Shown: positions 34,054 to 54,247 of the stretch, piece by piece
Layout: every line of letters starts with the position of its first letter
Position numbering within the stretch: the stretch's first letter is position 1
Source of the DNA: the human T2T-CHM13v2.0 reference genome, Homo sapiens
Length of the DNA stretch: 64,000 bases
Direction: 5' to 3' (one strand)
Assembly (NCBI RefSeq): GCF_009914755.1
Contig: NC_060931.1
Position numbers and translations under genes: made by a program
Notes under the pieces: generated by a model
The model's input: only the letters and a program-made list of their open reading frames with translations
Databases searched by the model: none
Told to the model about the DNA's origin: nothing

Positions 34054-34754
34054 TTCCTCTTCTTAGATGTACCTATTTTTAAAAAATTCCATTAATATGA
34101 ATTATTGTTTTTGTAAAGTTTTTTTTAAAAAAGATAATCCGTATATTCATAATCATGACGATTAATAATTCACCACCAGTATTACAAACTGAGTTGTTTT
34201 TTCTATTAGTAGCAATAGGTTGTAGCTGGTTGTTAAAATATTTTCTTGAATGTGATGAACTAAATTTTGAGATGGCCTAAAAGGTAAAGATGACAAATGT
34301 CAGTTTGACTTTGCCCAGAATGTCCTGAAGAATGAATTTCTTTTTTATTTCCCTAGTATTCATTTAAACAGAAGTATACATTTTATGTCCATAAAAAGTT
34401 TATGAAATATAAAATTCTAATAATCCTTGCTAAACAAATATGAATATGATCAACCATTATACCATTAACTTTTAAGAAATCTGTCTTAACTTTGAACTGC
34501 CCTGGATTAAATCTGATATATCTAGAATCAAGAGAATCTGCAATGTTAAAAGTAACAGCATAAATATTCAGAAATATTACCACGTCATACAATTGTATAA
34601 CCAACGTTTTTTTTTTTTTCCTTGTGGACAAATATGTAACTGGAGGACGTTTATATTTAGTTGCTTTTGGCTTCGGCACTTGCAGATACATAATTATCTT
34701 ATTTTCCTTTTGTATTTTATTCTTTTTTATTACTTTTCGACAATAATTCATTCA

Positions 34755-35060
34755 GCTAGGCGCGGTGGCTCACGCCTGTAATCCCATCACTTTGGGAGGC
34801 CCAGGTGAGTGGATCACTTAAGGTCAGGAGTTCAAGACCAGCCTGGCCAATATGGCGAAACCCTGTCTCTACTAAAAATACAAAAATTAGCCAGGCGTGG
34901 TGCATATGCCTCTAGTCCCAGCTACTCAAGAGACTGAGGCAGGAGAGTTGCTTGAATTCAGGAGGCGGAGGTTGCAGTGAGCCAAGATCACACCATTGCA
35001 CTCCAGCCTGGCCAACAAGAGCGAGACTCTGTCTCAAAAAACAAAAACAACAACAACGAA
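34755..35060 (+). mobile_element. Alu (AluSx-like)
   Basis: Full Alu body with a (CAA)n-containing tail; TAATTCATTCA on both sides. Confidence 0.93.
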
Positions 35061-35389
35061 ACACTAACTTAATTCATTCATTCCACAAATAATCACTAAA
35101 AGCTTGCCATATACCACATACTGTTCAGTATTATGATTATTTAATTATTACCTCAGCTTTCTTTGAAACCGGTGCAAGATAAAAATGGCATTCTATAGCT
35201 CTGAAATCTAGATATGGCTGTTTCTGTAAGAGGTAAAATTTTCTAATAATTTTAATATTATAGATTTATTTTTACTGACATATAATTTACATGCAATAAA
35301 ACAGATTTCGAGCATACTGTTTAATATGTTTTGAGGAATGTGTACACCTATAAAACTACCACTCCAGTGAAGTAATAATGGAATAAACT

Positions 35390-36380
<991 letters not shown>

Positions 36381-37294
36381 TGTCCAGGAAATACAAGACA
36401 GCTTCCCTGATGGCAGCTAAACTAAAAGCTATCTTCTTAACTGTAAAAATATAAGTTAGAGGATAGTTATATTACCTCTTCAAAATGATGTAAGAAAATA
36501 CCTGTAGGCCTAGAATCCATTGGAAATCATTTTTGAGTACAAGAATGAAGTTTTTTCTTTTTTTTCTTTTTTTTTTCAGGCTAACGAAAACAGAAAATTT
36601 GAGGTTCCTCTTTCCATGAGGATAGATTAGACCTTATCAAAAAACCTCCTGTCTGTCTTTCTCCACCTGCACCCAAAGTGCCCTATGAATTCTGGCAAAA
36701 TGTAAAAGTTAATTACTTAAAAGAACTAGAGAATGGCCAAACACAGGCATACATTAACAAAAGAAAATGACACTGGGTAAGTTTCCATTTATTAATGGCT
36801 TCTTGCCTAGTCCATCCTTGAGCTGAAATGTGAATGCAAAGCTGCAGTCTTCCTATAGCTCTGAAATCAGAAAATTGTGTCCATAAAATCTGCACCCAAA
36901 CTCCACTGACCTGTGAAAAATGTATGTCTGGCATAAACTATAAAAATCTAGCTAGGTATAGAAGAACTAGAATAAGAATTCAACGGCCACCAACTTCATA
37001 GAAGGTAGTTTGGAGTTTATGTCCAATCAAATTGACTACATGCTAAAACAACAGATCAATATTTTATTGAGAAACATGGCAGAATCATGCATTATTTACA
37101 GTGTTGAGGATATGATTTAAAAGTACTAGCTACATGAAGAAATGGTAAAACAGAAAATATGATCCATATGCAAGAGAAAAGGCAATCAATGGAAACCAAC
37201 CATAATATGACACAGATGTTAGATGTTAGGAAAAGGATTTTAATGTAGCTATTATAACTATGCACAAGAACAGACATACACTAATAAAAAATGA

Positions 37295-39607
<2,313 letters not shown>

Positions 39608-39679
39608 GAAACTACAAATTAAACCAAAACATTCTAGCACTAATATATTTGCTAATATTTAAATTGTCTCTTATATTTT

Positions 39680-39685
<6 letters not shown>

Positions 39686-39733
<48 letters not shown>
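39686..39733. repeat. (TA)n microsatellite
   Basis: About 24 TA units. Confidence 0.95.
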
Positions 39734-39735
<2 letters not shown>

Positions 39736-39798
39736 TGGAATTTCTTTTTGTTTGATTTAAAGAAATTTTATTTACTATATCACTATTATAAATAATGA

Positions 39799-40108
39799 GG
39801 CTGGGTGAGGTGGCTCATGCCTGTAATCCTAACACTTAGAGGCCGAGGCGGGCAGATCACCTGAGGTCAGGAGTTCAAGACCAGCCTGGCCAACATGGCG
39901 AAATCCCATCTCTACTAAAAATACAGAAAAAATTAGCCTGGCATGGTGGTGAGCACCTGCAGTCCCAGCTACTCAAGAGGCTTAGGCACAAGAATCACTT
40001 GAAGCCAGGAGGTGGAGGTTGCAGTGAGCCAAGATCATGCCACTGCACTACAGCCTGGGTGACAGACAGACAGATTTTTTTGGGACTCTGTCCCAAAAAA
40101 ATACAAAA
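39799..40108 (+). mobile_element. Alu (AluSx-like)
   Basis: GGCTGGGTGAGGTGGCTCATGCC...CACCTGAGGTCAGGAG. Confidence 0.92.
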
Positions 40109-40967
40109 CACACACACACAAAAAACATATATATAATTTCTGTAAAACAAACAAAAAGAAATTCCAGCATTGAAAACACAGTATCTGAAATTTAAAACTC
40201 ACCGGATAAGTTAATGACAGACTGGAGATGACCAAAGTAAAGGATCAGTTAACTTGAAGACAGATCAATAGAAATTAGGAGTAGCCAAGGAAAAAATATT
40301 TTAAAAGAACAGAACCTCAGGGACCTGCAGAACAATACCTGGGACTGGAGTCCCAGAGGACAAGGGAAAGAAGATAAAGTAGGAAAAAAATTGAAAAAAT
40401 AATGACCAAAATTTCCTCCCATTTCATAAAATATATAAATTTGCAGACTTGATGAATCTTAAGCTTCAAGCATTGTCTATAGGCAGAAGATAAACGGCCC
40501 CGTTTCATAAAAGGTTTTGGCATGAAGAAGAAATGAAAAAGAAGGTACAGGAAATATGCTGGTGATTTGAACACATAGACAGTATACAATAATAAAATAA
40601 TGTCCTAATGAATTAAAAGGATACAATTATGTGATGACAATAACATAAGTTTAAAAGGAGTGTGGTTAAAGTACCATATGGAAAGGGAAATGGTAGTGAT
40701 TATCCTCAAATGTAAGTTATGTCTGTGGGTGACTACTGAAATAATGGCTATACAGTGTAAAACATAGTAGGAGAGAGGATAGGCAGGATGATAGGAAATA
40801 TCCCCCTAGAATTCTATATCCAGACAATTTTCCATAAAGGTATTTTCAGATATTCAACCCCTCCCAAATATTCTTTAATTCCTCTTTTTCAGAAAACATC
40901 TGGAGAATATGCTCTGCCAAAAAAATGGTGAGGTGGGGAGGCAGGGAAGCAAGAACAATAAACGGAG

Positions 40968-41941
40968 TCATATTCATTTTCTGGGGCTGCCCTAAAAATC
41001 TATGACAGATTGGGTGGCTTAAACTACAGGAATATATTTGCTTTTCTTTTTTGTTAAATTTTAAAAATTTGTCTTTTTTTTTAAGAGAAAAGTTTTAAAC
41101 TTCTAAGTTCTGGAATACCTGTGCAGGACATACAGGTTTGTTACATGGGTAAACGTGTGTCATGGTGGTTTGCTGCACCTATCAACCCATCACCTAGGTA
41201 TTAAGTCATGGATGCATTAACTACGTATCCTGATGCTCCCCTTCCCCCCACTCCCCACCTACATGCCCCAGTGTGTCTTTGTGTTCCCCTCCCTGTGTCC
41301 ATGTGTTCTCATCGTTCAGCTACCACTTACAAGTGAGATAATGCGGTGTTTGGTTTTCTGTTCCTGCGTTAGTTTGCTGAAGATAATGGCTTTAAGCTCC
41401 ATCCACGTCCCTGCAAAGGACATGATTTCATTCCTTTTTATGGCTGGATAGTATTCCATGGTGTGTATGTACCATATTTTCTTTATCCAGTCTAACATTG
41501 ATGGGCATTTGGGTTGATTCCATATCTTTGCTATTGTGAATAGTGCTGCAATGAACATATGCATGCATATATCTTTATAATAGAATGACTTGTAAGGAAT
41601 ATATTTTTTATATGCCAGAGCCTAGAAGTCCAAGGTCAAGGTGTGGGCAGAGTTGGTTTCCTCTGAGGCCTTGCTCCTTGGGTTACGGATGGCTGCGCAC
41701 TTGCTATGTCTTCATGAGGTGGTCCTTCTTTGCATACTGCCCCTGGTTTCTCTCTGTGTGTCTTAATCTCCTCTTCTTAGAAGGACCCTAGTCAGATTGG
41801 ATTTGGGCATACATTAATGACTTCATTTTAATTTAATTACCTCTTTAAAGGCCCATTCTTTAAATTTGGTCACATTCTGAGGTACTGGCAATTAGGGTTT
41901 CAAAATATGAATTTTGGGGGAGCACAATTCAGTCCATAACA
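40968..41941 (-). mobile_element. MLT1A-type LTR interrupted by an L1 3' end
   Basis: GGGCTGCCCTAAAAA...TGGGTGGCTTAAAC | L1 | CTAGAAGTCCAAGGTCAAGG...CACAATTCAGTCCATAACA. Confidence 0.8.
41040..41594 (-). mobile_element. L1PA (approx. PA8-10) 3' end, heavily 5'-truncated
   Basis: L1 3' UTR and ORF2 C-terminus (ORF 41316-41564); TSD AGGAATATATTT at 41028-41039 and 41595-41606. Confidence 0.9.
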
Positions 41942-42697
41942 GGGGTATAAGAAAAAGGGGTAGTAAAGAAGCATAATTCCCTGAAATGAAGCTTTAGTGA
42001 AATTCCCAGGATGACAGCTGCAGCAGGCAGGCCAGAGAACAGCAGTCCGAGTTGAAGCAGGAAGATGGAGGATTCCCACAGTGATAGCAACAAGAAAAAC
42101 AAAAACTTTCAGATTTATCTGAAGTGTGAAAATATCGAGAAAATATTTACTCTTCTGGCAGATAGTTAAAGAGGAATTAGAGATAGATATATAGGAAACT
42201 TAGCAAATTAAAAATTTGGCACTAATTTACTCCATAGAGAACAAAGAGTTGTACAAGAAAGGAAATACAAGCATAGCTATGATATGGCTTATCTGTAAAT
42301 AGTATTTACATAGCTATAGTAATAAAAACCCTGGTTATTTTTCCAATTAAAATTGTGATGTAACTCTATTTAGAAGAGGGTTTGGGAAAATGCGAAAGAG
42401 GTCAATCTCACCTTCCATAATAGGAAGTAAATAATAAGACCTAAACCTGGAAAAAGCAAAAAAAAAAAAAAGAAAAAAATGGTTATAGTGTGCTCTTAAG
42501 GATATGAACATGACTAAGAGAAGAAGCTTCAGAGTTAGAGGAATTTGTTTCTGAGAATGAAACCAGAAAACAGGTAGAGGTGAGACAGGACACTACTGTT
42601 TGGCATAAAAATTTAGACTTTTTAAGCTAAGAACATATATTTATAGCAAATGTTTGAAAAAAAAGCAAATTAAAAAATATATTGAAAAGCAGAATTT

Positions 42698-43670
42698 TGT
42701 ATTAGCCCGTTCTTCCATTGCTATAAATACACTGGGAAATTTACAAAGAAAATTACTGGAGACTGGGTAATTCATAAAGAAAAAAGGTTTAATTGGCTCA
42801 CAGTTCCACAGCCTGTACAGGAAGCATGGCTGGTGGGGGGACCCTCAGGAAACTGGCAATCATGGTAGAAGACAAAGTGGAAGCCAGCAGGTCCTTCATT
42901 GCTGGAGCAGGAGGAAGAGAGAGCAAAAGGGGAAGTGCCACGCACTTGTAAACCACCAGATCTCATGAGAACTCACTCACTATCAAGAGAGGGGGAAGTC
43001 CATCCCCATGAGCTAATCACCTCCCACCGGGCCCCTCCTCCAACACTGAGGGTCACAACTTGAGATGAGATTTGGATGGGGACACACAGCCAAACCATAT
43101 CATTTCACCCCTGGCCCCTCCCAAATCTCATGTTCTCCTCGCATTTCAAAACATAATTATGCTTTCCCAACAGTCCCCCAAAGTCTTAACTCATTGCAGC
43201 ATTAACTCAAAATTCCAAGTCCAAAGTCTCATACTAGCTAAGGCAAGTCCCTTCCACCTATGAACCTGTAAAATCAAAAACAAATTAGTTACACCAAGAT
43301 ATAATGGCAGTATAAGCATTGCCCAAATACTCCCATTCCAAAAGGGACAAATCCTCCAAAACAAAGGGGCTTCAGGCCCTATGCAAGTCTGAAATCCAGC
43401 AGGGCAGTCAAATTTTAAAGCTCCTAAATAATCTCCTTTGACTCCATGTCTCACATCCAGGCCACACTGATGCAAGGGGTGGGTTCCCAAGGCCTTGGGC
43501 AGCTCCGCCCCTGTGGCTCCTCAGGGTCAGGCCCCCACAGCTGTTTTCAATGGCTGGTTGTTGAGTGCCTGTGGCTTTTCCAGACACACAGTGCAAGCTG
43601 TCAGTGGATCTACCATTCTGGGGTCTGGAGGATGGTGGCCCTCTTCTCACTGCTTTACTAGGCAGTGTCC
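42698..43670 (-). mobile_element. MSTA-like LTR (42698-43102) plus partial internal sequence
   Basis: TGTATTAGCCCGTTC...CAAACCATATCA followed by MaLR-int (CCCTGGCCCCTCCCAAATCTCATG...). Confidence 0.88.
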
Positions 43671-44190
43671 CAACATTTCTCTGAATATATATGCTTACTG
43701 CCTTTTTTTGATATCTCCACTCAGTATTTCATAGATAGTTCTTAGTTCCTTATTCCCCAGTCATGTTTCCTCTTTCTCCTGAACCTCCACCCACTGTGTT
43801 TTTCCATGCACGAAATAGCACCATTATTCAGCCAGTCACCCAAGTCAGAAAGCTAAACATCATATGTCTCTGATTTACTGCCAACACATAATCACTGAAT
43901 CCTATTGGTTCCACCTCTTTACAATCAGCTTTCTTTTCTCCATCTCTGCTGATTGTCACTTAGTTCTGGTATTACCAAACTTTTTATAGTTATTTACACA
44001 GGTACCAATTATTCTCTTGCCTTTAGTCACATACTAGTTCTTCTGCTTGAACCAATTTTTTGTCTTCTCTTTTAGAGATGTGCAAAAACACTGGATCTTT
44101 CAGAAAGTTCTCCCTCACATTACTCATTTTGGCCTGGATATGATATTTGTGCCTATTATAATGATTGACACACAGAAGATGAATAATTTT
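43671..44190 (+). mobile_element. L2 fragment
   Basis: ATAGCACCATTATTCAGCCAGTCACCCAAGTCAGAAA...TCTCCATCTCTGCTG. Confidence 0.55.
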
Positions 44191-45534
44191 CTTTCAAGAA
44201 TAAATGGATTGAATTAATATTGATAAATTCTAAGAGAATGGGTTTGATTCTTCCATCATTGAGTAGGAGCCATTTCTAGGTTACTGAGGTTTAGGTAAAA
44301 AATTGTATATCTGTTCTACCTAAACTCTATGCTGGCTAGAATATTTTAAAACTGTTTTTATTGAAAAGTACAAATGTTCTAGCCATCATCTGCAAATTCA
44401 AATGCCATGGCTTTTAAATAAAATAGAAAAATGCCTGTCATTTTAGGTATTTTCTTTAACACATAGATATTGTGAAAGAAAGGCCCTGATACTTTAGGAA
44501 GTATCTTCTCTTGAAGAGGTTAAACTCAGTAGAAGAACACTGTCTGCTTAAAAGATATCAATCAGAGATTCAGCTACTCCTTTTCCCCTTCCTGTCCTCA
44601 GTTGAGCAACTGTCAGTTTGCCAGAAAAGACCTCAACCCTTGCTCTGCTAGGATGTCAGGGAGATACATATTCATTGAGGACTCCTCGGGACAGAGTGAA
44701 CTTGATGGCTGCATTTCACTGTGCTTATTCTTAGAGAAAATTTATTTTAAGATACAAAATTTCTCCCTTATATTAGGATATAATCTTGACAGCTAAGGGG
44801 GTAAACAGTCACAAGAGGTTGCTCAATGGAAAAATTTCAGTAGCGCTAAGTTCAAGAAGAATTTAAAATGAAAGGACTGTATACAAGCAATGTAATTACC
44901 TTTGTCATCTCCTTCAACTTTTCAGTGCTGGAACTTTCCAGTAGCTAAACACACAACTAGAAATGAATCTATTTTCATATTTCTTCATATACATTTATAA
45001 ATAGGAGGTGGCAAAATACAGATTACGTTGTTATGTATTTTCCCCTTTTTGTTTTTCTGCATATGATTGCATTGGGAAACAGAATTCATATGTGGCATCC
45101 CGGTTCATCTCTTACTTTGTGACCTTGAATAATTATTTTGGCAATTTAATGAAGCTCAGTTTCATTTTTTACAAGATAGAGATAATATAGTTTTGCCAAA
45201 TATAAAGCTTTTAAAACATATCAAATTAATTTATACAGAAGAGTACTATAATAGTAGAAGTGTTTACAAATGCAAAATATTCTTTCTTACATAATACACA
45301 TATCATATTCATTGTTGAAGTTTCTAAACATAAGTTAATTAGAGACATATATTGCACTCAATATAGATATATTGTTTACATGGTTTGTTCATAGCATGAG
45401 TTTAGTAGGGCATTTTGTCAAAGGAGACACAATTCTTCTCTAGAGTAGGTTTAGGTTATATGGTGAAAGAATTTGATGCTATGATTAGAAGTTAGGACAT
45501 GATTTTTTTTTTTGGCAAACAAGTGAGATTGTTT

Positions 45535-46087
45535 TCATCCATTCTTATTCATTCTTATGTATTAGTTTTGCAATATATTTGAGCCACTACTAAGTAATAA
45601 GCTTTGTCTTAGGTGTTGAGGATAAAAAGATGAGCATTGCTCAGCCTTTGACATCTAGCTATGCACAATTTAGTAGGGATTCAGAAAAATAAAATTTGTA
45701 ATAAAACACTCTGCACATTCTATCAAGTGTTATGAAAGTGTAAAAGAAGCGGTAATTAACTTTACATGGAGACGGGACAGACAGATCCAGAAATGCTTCA
45801 TGGAGAACATCTAGATGTAAAGAGCAAGTAAAGAGAGAAGGAGATATAAAGGAATTCTAAGTTAAAAAAAGACAGTAGCAAAAGGTAACATAACTAAATT
45901 AATGTATAAAGAACAAGGTACCTAAAGATTAGAATATGTGGTAAGGAAAAGGTAATGATTATAGAAGGAAGGAAGGCAGATCATGGAGAGCTTGTTACCA
46001 TGCTTAGAAATCTAAACTTTATTCTGCAGATACTGAGCTATATTAAAGAGTTTTAAATAGACAAGTGTCAAGTGTCCTAAGTCAGAT

Positions 46088-46122
<35 letters not shown>

Positions 46123-46375
46123 TTATTCTGAAAGTGGTGTGGAGAAGAAATTCCAGTGTAAAGAGTCCAAAATTAGGGTGATAGGAGGCTATTGCAACAG
46201 ATTTTTAAAATGTTGAAGCTCTAAAATAAAATGCTTTTCATGAGGATAAAGATTTGGGATGATAAAGAAAAATAGTTTAGAAGTACAATGATTGAATGAA
46301 GATGAAATATGATGGAGAAGTCAATATCTAAACTGACTACTGGCTTCAGATTTGGGTACGTCATGGGATGGTGGT
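45535..46375 (-). mobile_element. L2 (continues 49071-~49160 after the MST provirus)
   Basis: CATTCTTATTCATTC...ATATTTGAGCCACTAC...GGAGGCTATTGCAA. Confidence 0.65.
46096..46121. repeat. (TG)n microsatellite
   Basis: Direct TG run. Confidence 0.9.
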
Positions 46376-49070
<2,695 letters not shown>

Positions 49071-50914
49071 GTGGTTGTAGCTACAAGCAGATAGACAGGT
49101 TTGGGGTACAGGTATTAGTGGTTGAAAAATGGGTTTCATTTAGGATATGTTGAGTTTTACTGTTAAAGAATTCAAAAGGACGTTTTTATTAAAAAAGCAT
49201 ATATACGTGTTTGACCTCTGTAGAGAATTGACAGGAATGAGTGAGGGAGAAATATTAAAGTTACCAACCTTTTATAAAGTTCATAGTTGAATTTTTGGAT
49301 ATGGTTTAAAAAGCTTACAAGGATTGTTAAATATGAAAGAAAAAGCTTAGGAAGGAGAACTCTATGTCTGGTTTTGGACAACTCTTATCAGGTAATGGTC
49401 CAGTAGCAATACTGAAATAAATTTCTTATGACATTAAAATATTATTCTCTATTGAAATGAGATTAATGTTATTAACTCACTAATTAATCATACTGGCATA
49501 GAAAAATTATGTGAAGATACACATTAGAATAAAAGTTTAATATGAAAATTTCTAGGTATACCATATGTATATTTCTACATTTTAGGATTATTTATCAGAG
49601 CATGACCAAATTATAATATAGGCAATCTTGGAAAAATTACTGCTTCTTATATATTAGGTTCTTCAACTTCAAAACAAGGAACGATGATGAATAGTTCACC
49701 TTCTAGCCCTACAATTTCAAGCAAGGCTAAATTAGAATCTAGGCTTTGCCACCTACTGGCAGTGAGCCTGTCATTGGCTTTAACCCTCTTAATGCACTTA
49801 ACCATCTTATCCCTGCAGTTTCTTAGACCAGGAAGGGGAATGAAATATCAGTATAACTAGGCAAAATAATATAAAGTAGGTGACATTTGTCTATCTTGGC
49901 ATCTTTAAAATTTTAATTAATAAGAACATCAAATTTTATTTATATATTCCCATCTTAATAGTTTACTTATAATGTGCAATGAGCATATAGCCACTTATTT
50001 AAAAGAAAGAAATAACAGGGCACAGTCCTTTTATTTGATATATAATTTTGTAATTCTAGCTCAAAGATAGGTTTGTGGTCTTGATTTGGTCTTGCCTTTG
50101 GGAAGAGTGTTTGTATATATATATGTTTGTATATATATTTTAATTACTAGAGTTAGTTTTAGTCATTGGGTTCTCAATATGATTATCCTCATGTCACTCA
50201 ATATTTTTCTTCATGTCACTAAATTCTTTTTAGAAATGAGATATGCAGCATAGATACATAGTACTTAAAAGACAAGAAGCATTATTTTTTTCATCTTTAA
50301 TTCTTGGCAAGGTACCTTTAATAATTTTGATCTATTGGCTGTTTTGTAACATTTTACATCACTTTATATCTATTAATGGATTAGTGCACCTATTAGTGGA
50401 TAAATTAAAAAAATTATGCATCATATTTTGACAAAAAGCTTTTCTTTTCTATGGATCTTATTGCTTTTATTTATTTTTATTCTTTTGAGAGCATTTATAA
50501 ATTTTTTCTTTTTAAATATAATATATTTTCATTTTGATGTGATATATTTCATCTTCTCACTCTATAATCCTTATGCATTATCTCATTTTTAATCATTTTA
50601 TATTATTTAAAATACCAACAAATATATTTAGCACAGTATCCAGAATTTACTTTATTTTGCTGAGTTTTCTTATGTTAATTTATTTTAGATTTTGACATAA
50701 AATTTTTTTCATCAATGTAGATGTGTTTCTACTTATTAGGTGGGACAGAATCCATCAAATTCAAGTGCCTTTATCATTGATGTTCTTATGTATAGAAATA
50801 TTGATTAATCAAATTTTCCATATATACCAAATATTATTTTAAAGACTAAAAATAAATTATCCTGTATCTAAATATATAATGAGCAGAAGATAAACTTTCT
50901 TTGATGATTTATAA

Positions 50915-51278
50915 CAGGGGTTAAGTTTTTCTGTAAATCCAGATGGCAACGGTTTCAGGCTTTGTGGACAAAAGGAAAACTTGAGGATATTATATAGTTT
51001 TTCATATGATGAAAGAAAACATTTTCACAATTTTTATTGACAAAATTAAAAATACAATATTTCAGTATGATTTTTTGTAATATTGGTCAACTAATGAAAA
51101 GACTTAAATTTGTTTTTGGAGGCATGATATTTTCCATAAATAATATTCAAAGTTAGTGTTCCCTATCATTAAACTGGTTGCAAATGTTCATTTATAAAAA
51201 GCATTCTTAGCTTGAGAGTCATACAAACTGAGACAGTAAGCCAGATGTGGCCTGTGGGCTATAGTTTGTCACTGCCTG
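50915..51278. mobile_element. MER58-family hAT MITE
   Basis: CAGGGGTT..TTTTTCTGTAAA...CAGGCTTTGTGG and GGCCTGTGGGCTATAGTTTG...CCTG ends. Confidence 0.7.
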
Positions 51279-52329
51279 AGTTAAAGGCTGCTTCAGCAAA
51301 ATTTGGACATTTTAAAAATGGTTGAGGATGTTGAAAAATTTTAATTTTAGTTATGTGACTTAATGAAATATAACATTAATGAAACCCAATACTATAGCTA
51401 TAGATATGTCTGAAAAATTGTGGTCTATCTGTTGTACTGTTTATAAACTTCATGCTTGATTACCTCTCCAGTAAGTCAGAAGTGATTGTTGGCAAATGAA
51501 AGAGGACTGGTCTGCAGATGAATTATGATAATAATGCTACCTAGTTTTCCCTCAAGATTAAGAGCTGAGCTACTGATTCTCTGACTCCTTTTCATGATTC
51601 ATAAACAGTTCTAAAACCATTACACAAAATTATTTGTAAATATTTCATCACATTTTTCTAGACAACGAAGAAAAAGAATATAGAAAGACTTCCCATGATG
51701 TGGATCACCCACGTCACCCATCAATGTAATGAGCTGCAAGGAGCCCTGACCACAAAAATCCCTGTCTGCTTAGCTGGGAATAATATGACTACTACATAAA
51801 GCTTCAGCTCTGGCCACATGATGAAAATCAAGGCTCTTTCCATTTCCAGTAATTTAAAGAGTATTACTAATCTTTAAGAGAAACCAAGGTGACTCAGGGT
51901 TAAGCTTCTCTTTTATTCCTCCTCTTATGCCAGTTTATTAGCTGGGATACATTATTATTACTAAGACATTTAACCTTTGACCTACAGATTTGGCTTCAAT
52001 ATATTGTCCTTCAAATCTGAGGCTGACCTCAGTAACATGGCCAGCTCCTATTTTCTCTAAGGCCAGGGTGCTTCTCTCAGGATCAGAGGCTGTCTACGAG
52101 CCCCAGGCTTGAAACTGAGGCACTGATGCCTACTTTGGACCTTGGACACTGCATTCTGGCCTGTTTTCCTGGACCCCCACAGTCTGGCCAACACCAGAAT
52201 CTCTACTGCAGCGCCTTGCTAGTGTTCTGAAATGATGCCCTGCAAATGCCTATCTATCCTCTGGGTCCAGTAAATGATCAAGTTTTCTGTAATAAGACAA
52301 TTCAGAAAACTATAGTGAAAAATCATTGT

Positions 52330-52520
52330 TATACATATATGTATATACACCAATGCTATATATATAGCTATATATTATTATAATATATATAAGTATGTAT
52401 TATTTTTATATATTTATTTATTATATATTTAATATTTAATATATTTGCATATATAATACATATTATATATTATATTAGCATATATTATTATATATAAGGG
52501 TAATATATATGTATATATTA
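52330..52520. repeat. AT-rich low-complexity (TA/TAT) tract
   Basis: Degenerate TATATTAT repeats. Confidence 0.8.
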
Positions 52521-54247
52521 GTTGTGATGTCCTTCCCATTTTTGAGGTTGAAACGCCCCTTACTTTGTGAAATAATGCTTGTATTAAGTGTTTAATATTT
52601 AAGTCTTAAGTTGAAAAATAAATTGAAAATAATGTTTGCCTAAAGTTTTGTGATTTTACTAGAGCATAAAATCCCAAAGTCATGGAAAGGGGTAAGGACA
52701 GTTCTGGATTATTGCAGTTAGCTCATTATAGTCCTCACAGACACTGATGGCCGGTCCACTTTCACTTGTTGCTAATTATTCTGCTAATTGAGTCCCAAGT
52801 CCATTTGCAAGACTGCACTTTGTCCCATAGCCTGAAGAGTGCACCATCCCCAAGGATGGTGGTTTGGTGAGGAGTTATTTTCCATATTTTACCAATCTAG
52901 ACACTGATGACTACAAGACTTAAGAGATTTGCTTCGAGTGACAGGACTACATGGTCAATCAATGCCAAAGTGGGAGCTAACATGAATGGTAGCAATTCAG
53001 CAAGTGCCTACAAATCAGAGTGGCTGAATCTATCTATCACATCCAATTCTGTTATAGGAAATAGGCTTGATGAAATACAATAACTTAATCCACCCAGAAA
53101 CAACCTGCCCTATCCATCAATCAGTATGTCACCTTCATATTTTTTCTTTCAAAATAACTTTCTTGTAGAAACTTTTTGTATTTGCCTAAACATCTCTTCA
53201 TGTTTTACTTTCCTATAAACTTGTAGTGGCCCTCATTTTGTCACTTAAGTGGAAATATTGGGATTTCATTCACCAAGTGTTAATGTAATATATAGGTTAA
53301 TATGCATTTACATGTATTTTGTATTCATTATGCATTTTTATTAATTATTAGCACAATAAGTATAACATTTACTCTTGCAAATACATTTTATTGTTATGTA
53401 GGTAACTGAAAGCAATTTTTGCTGGCTGCGTTTTAGAACAATATTTCTGCTACATTTTCCCACATATGCAAATGCATTTATATAAGCCTCATCTTAGATA
53501 TATATTATGCATTGGGTCACTATTCAAGAGCTGAAAATACCACGTAGATGAATATAAATTTTAGATTAAAAATGTTTTAGGAAGTGCCAACACTTTCAAT
53601 TCCCCAAGTGCTTCAGATTAATCATGATCAAGCCCATAGCGGGAGACCGAAGGACAATTGCAAGAACATTGTTTAGTTCCTTGGAGAGGATTCATTACCT
53701 CAGACATTATTTGACATAAAAACAGATGTACCTCTGTCATTGTTTTGACCTCTCCAACAAGATGAACAACTAGGCTGATACACTTATTGATCAGAGCAAA
53801 ACCCATTCCACCAGAAATAGACAATACATGCACCCCAGTGTAAATGAAGAATTAACTTCCAAGTAGATTGGCTATTAATCTGGAAACTGAAACAACACAA
53901 CTAGCTGCCTGGCAGTGCTACCTTTTTATTGTAGGTACACAGATAAAAGGACTGTCTGCATTGCACAGTGGGCAATATTTTATTAATATGGGTAGTTTTG
54001 TATGAAGCCTGTAAATCAAATATGCCAAACTCGGTCTACATTCGAAGTGTGTTGAATATTGAAAGTGTTCATCATTTTGCAATTAGCTTGCCTCTGCTTT
54101 TTTCTCTAAAGGTCACATGAAGCATTTGTGAACGTTAGTGGGTGCTTATTGAACAACTGATTCAGATGTTATTTCACGGTTATTGATATTTACAAAATTA
54201 ATATAATACCACCTTACAAAATGGTTCCATTAGCAAAATGTTATGAA

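Larger units (their letters stand above)
40800..42690 (+). mobile_element. HAL1 3' region, interrupted by an MLT1A-type LTR
   Basis: CCTAGAATTCTATATCCAG; AATTCCCAGGATGACAGCTGCAGCAGGC...GAAGCAGGAAGATGGAGG HAL1 motif. Confidence 0.6.
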
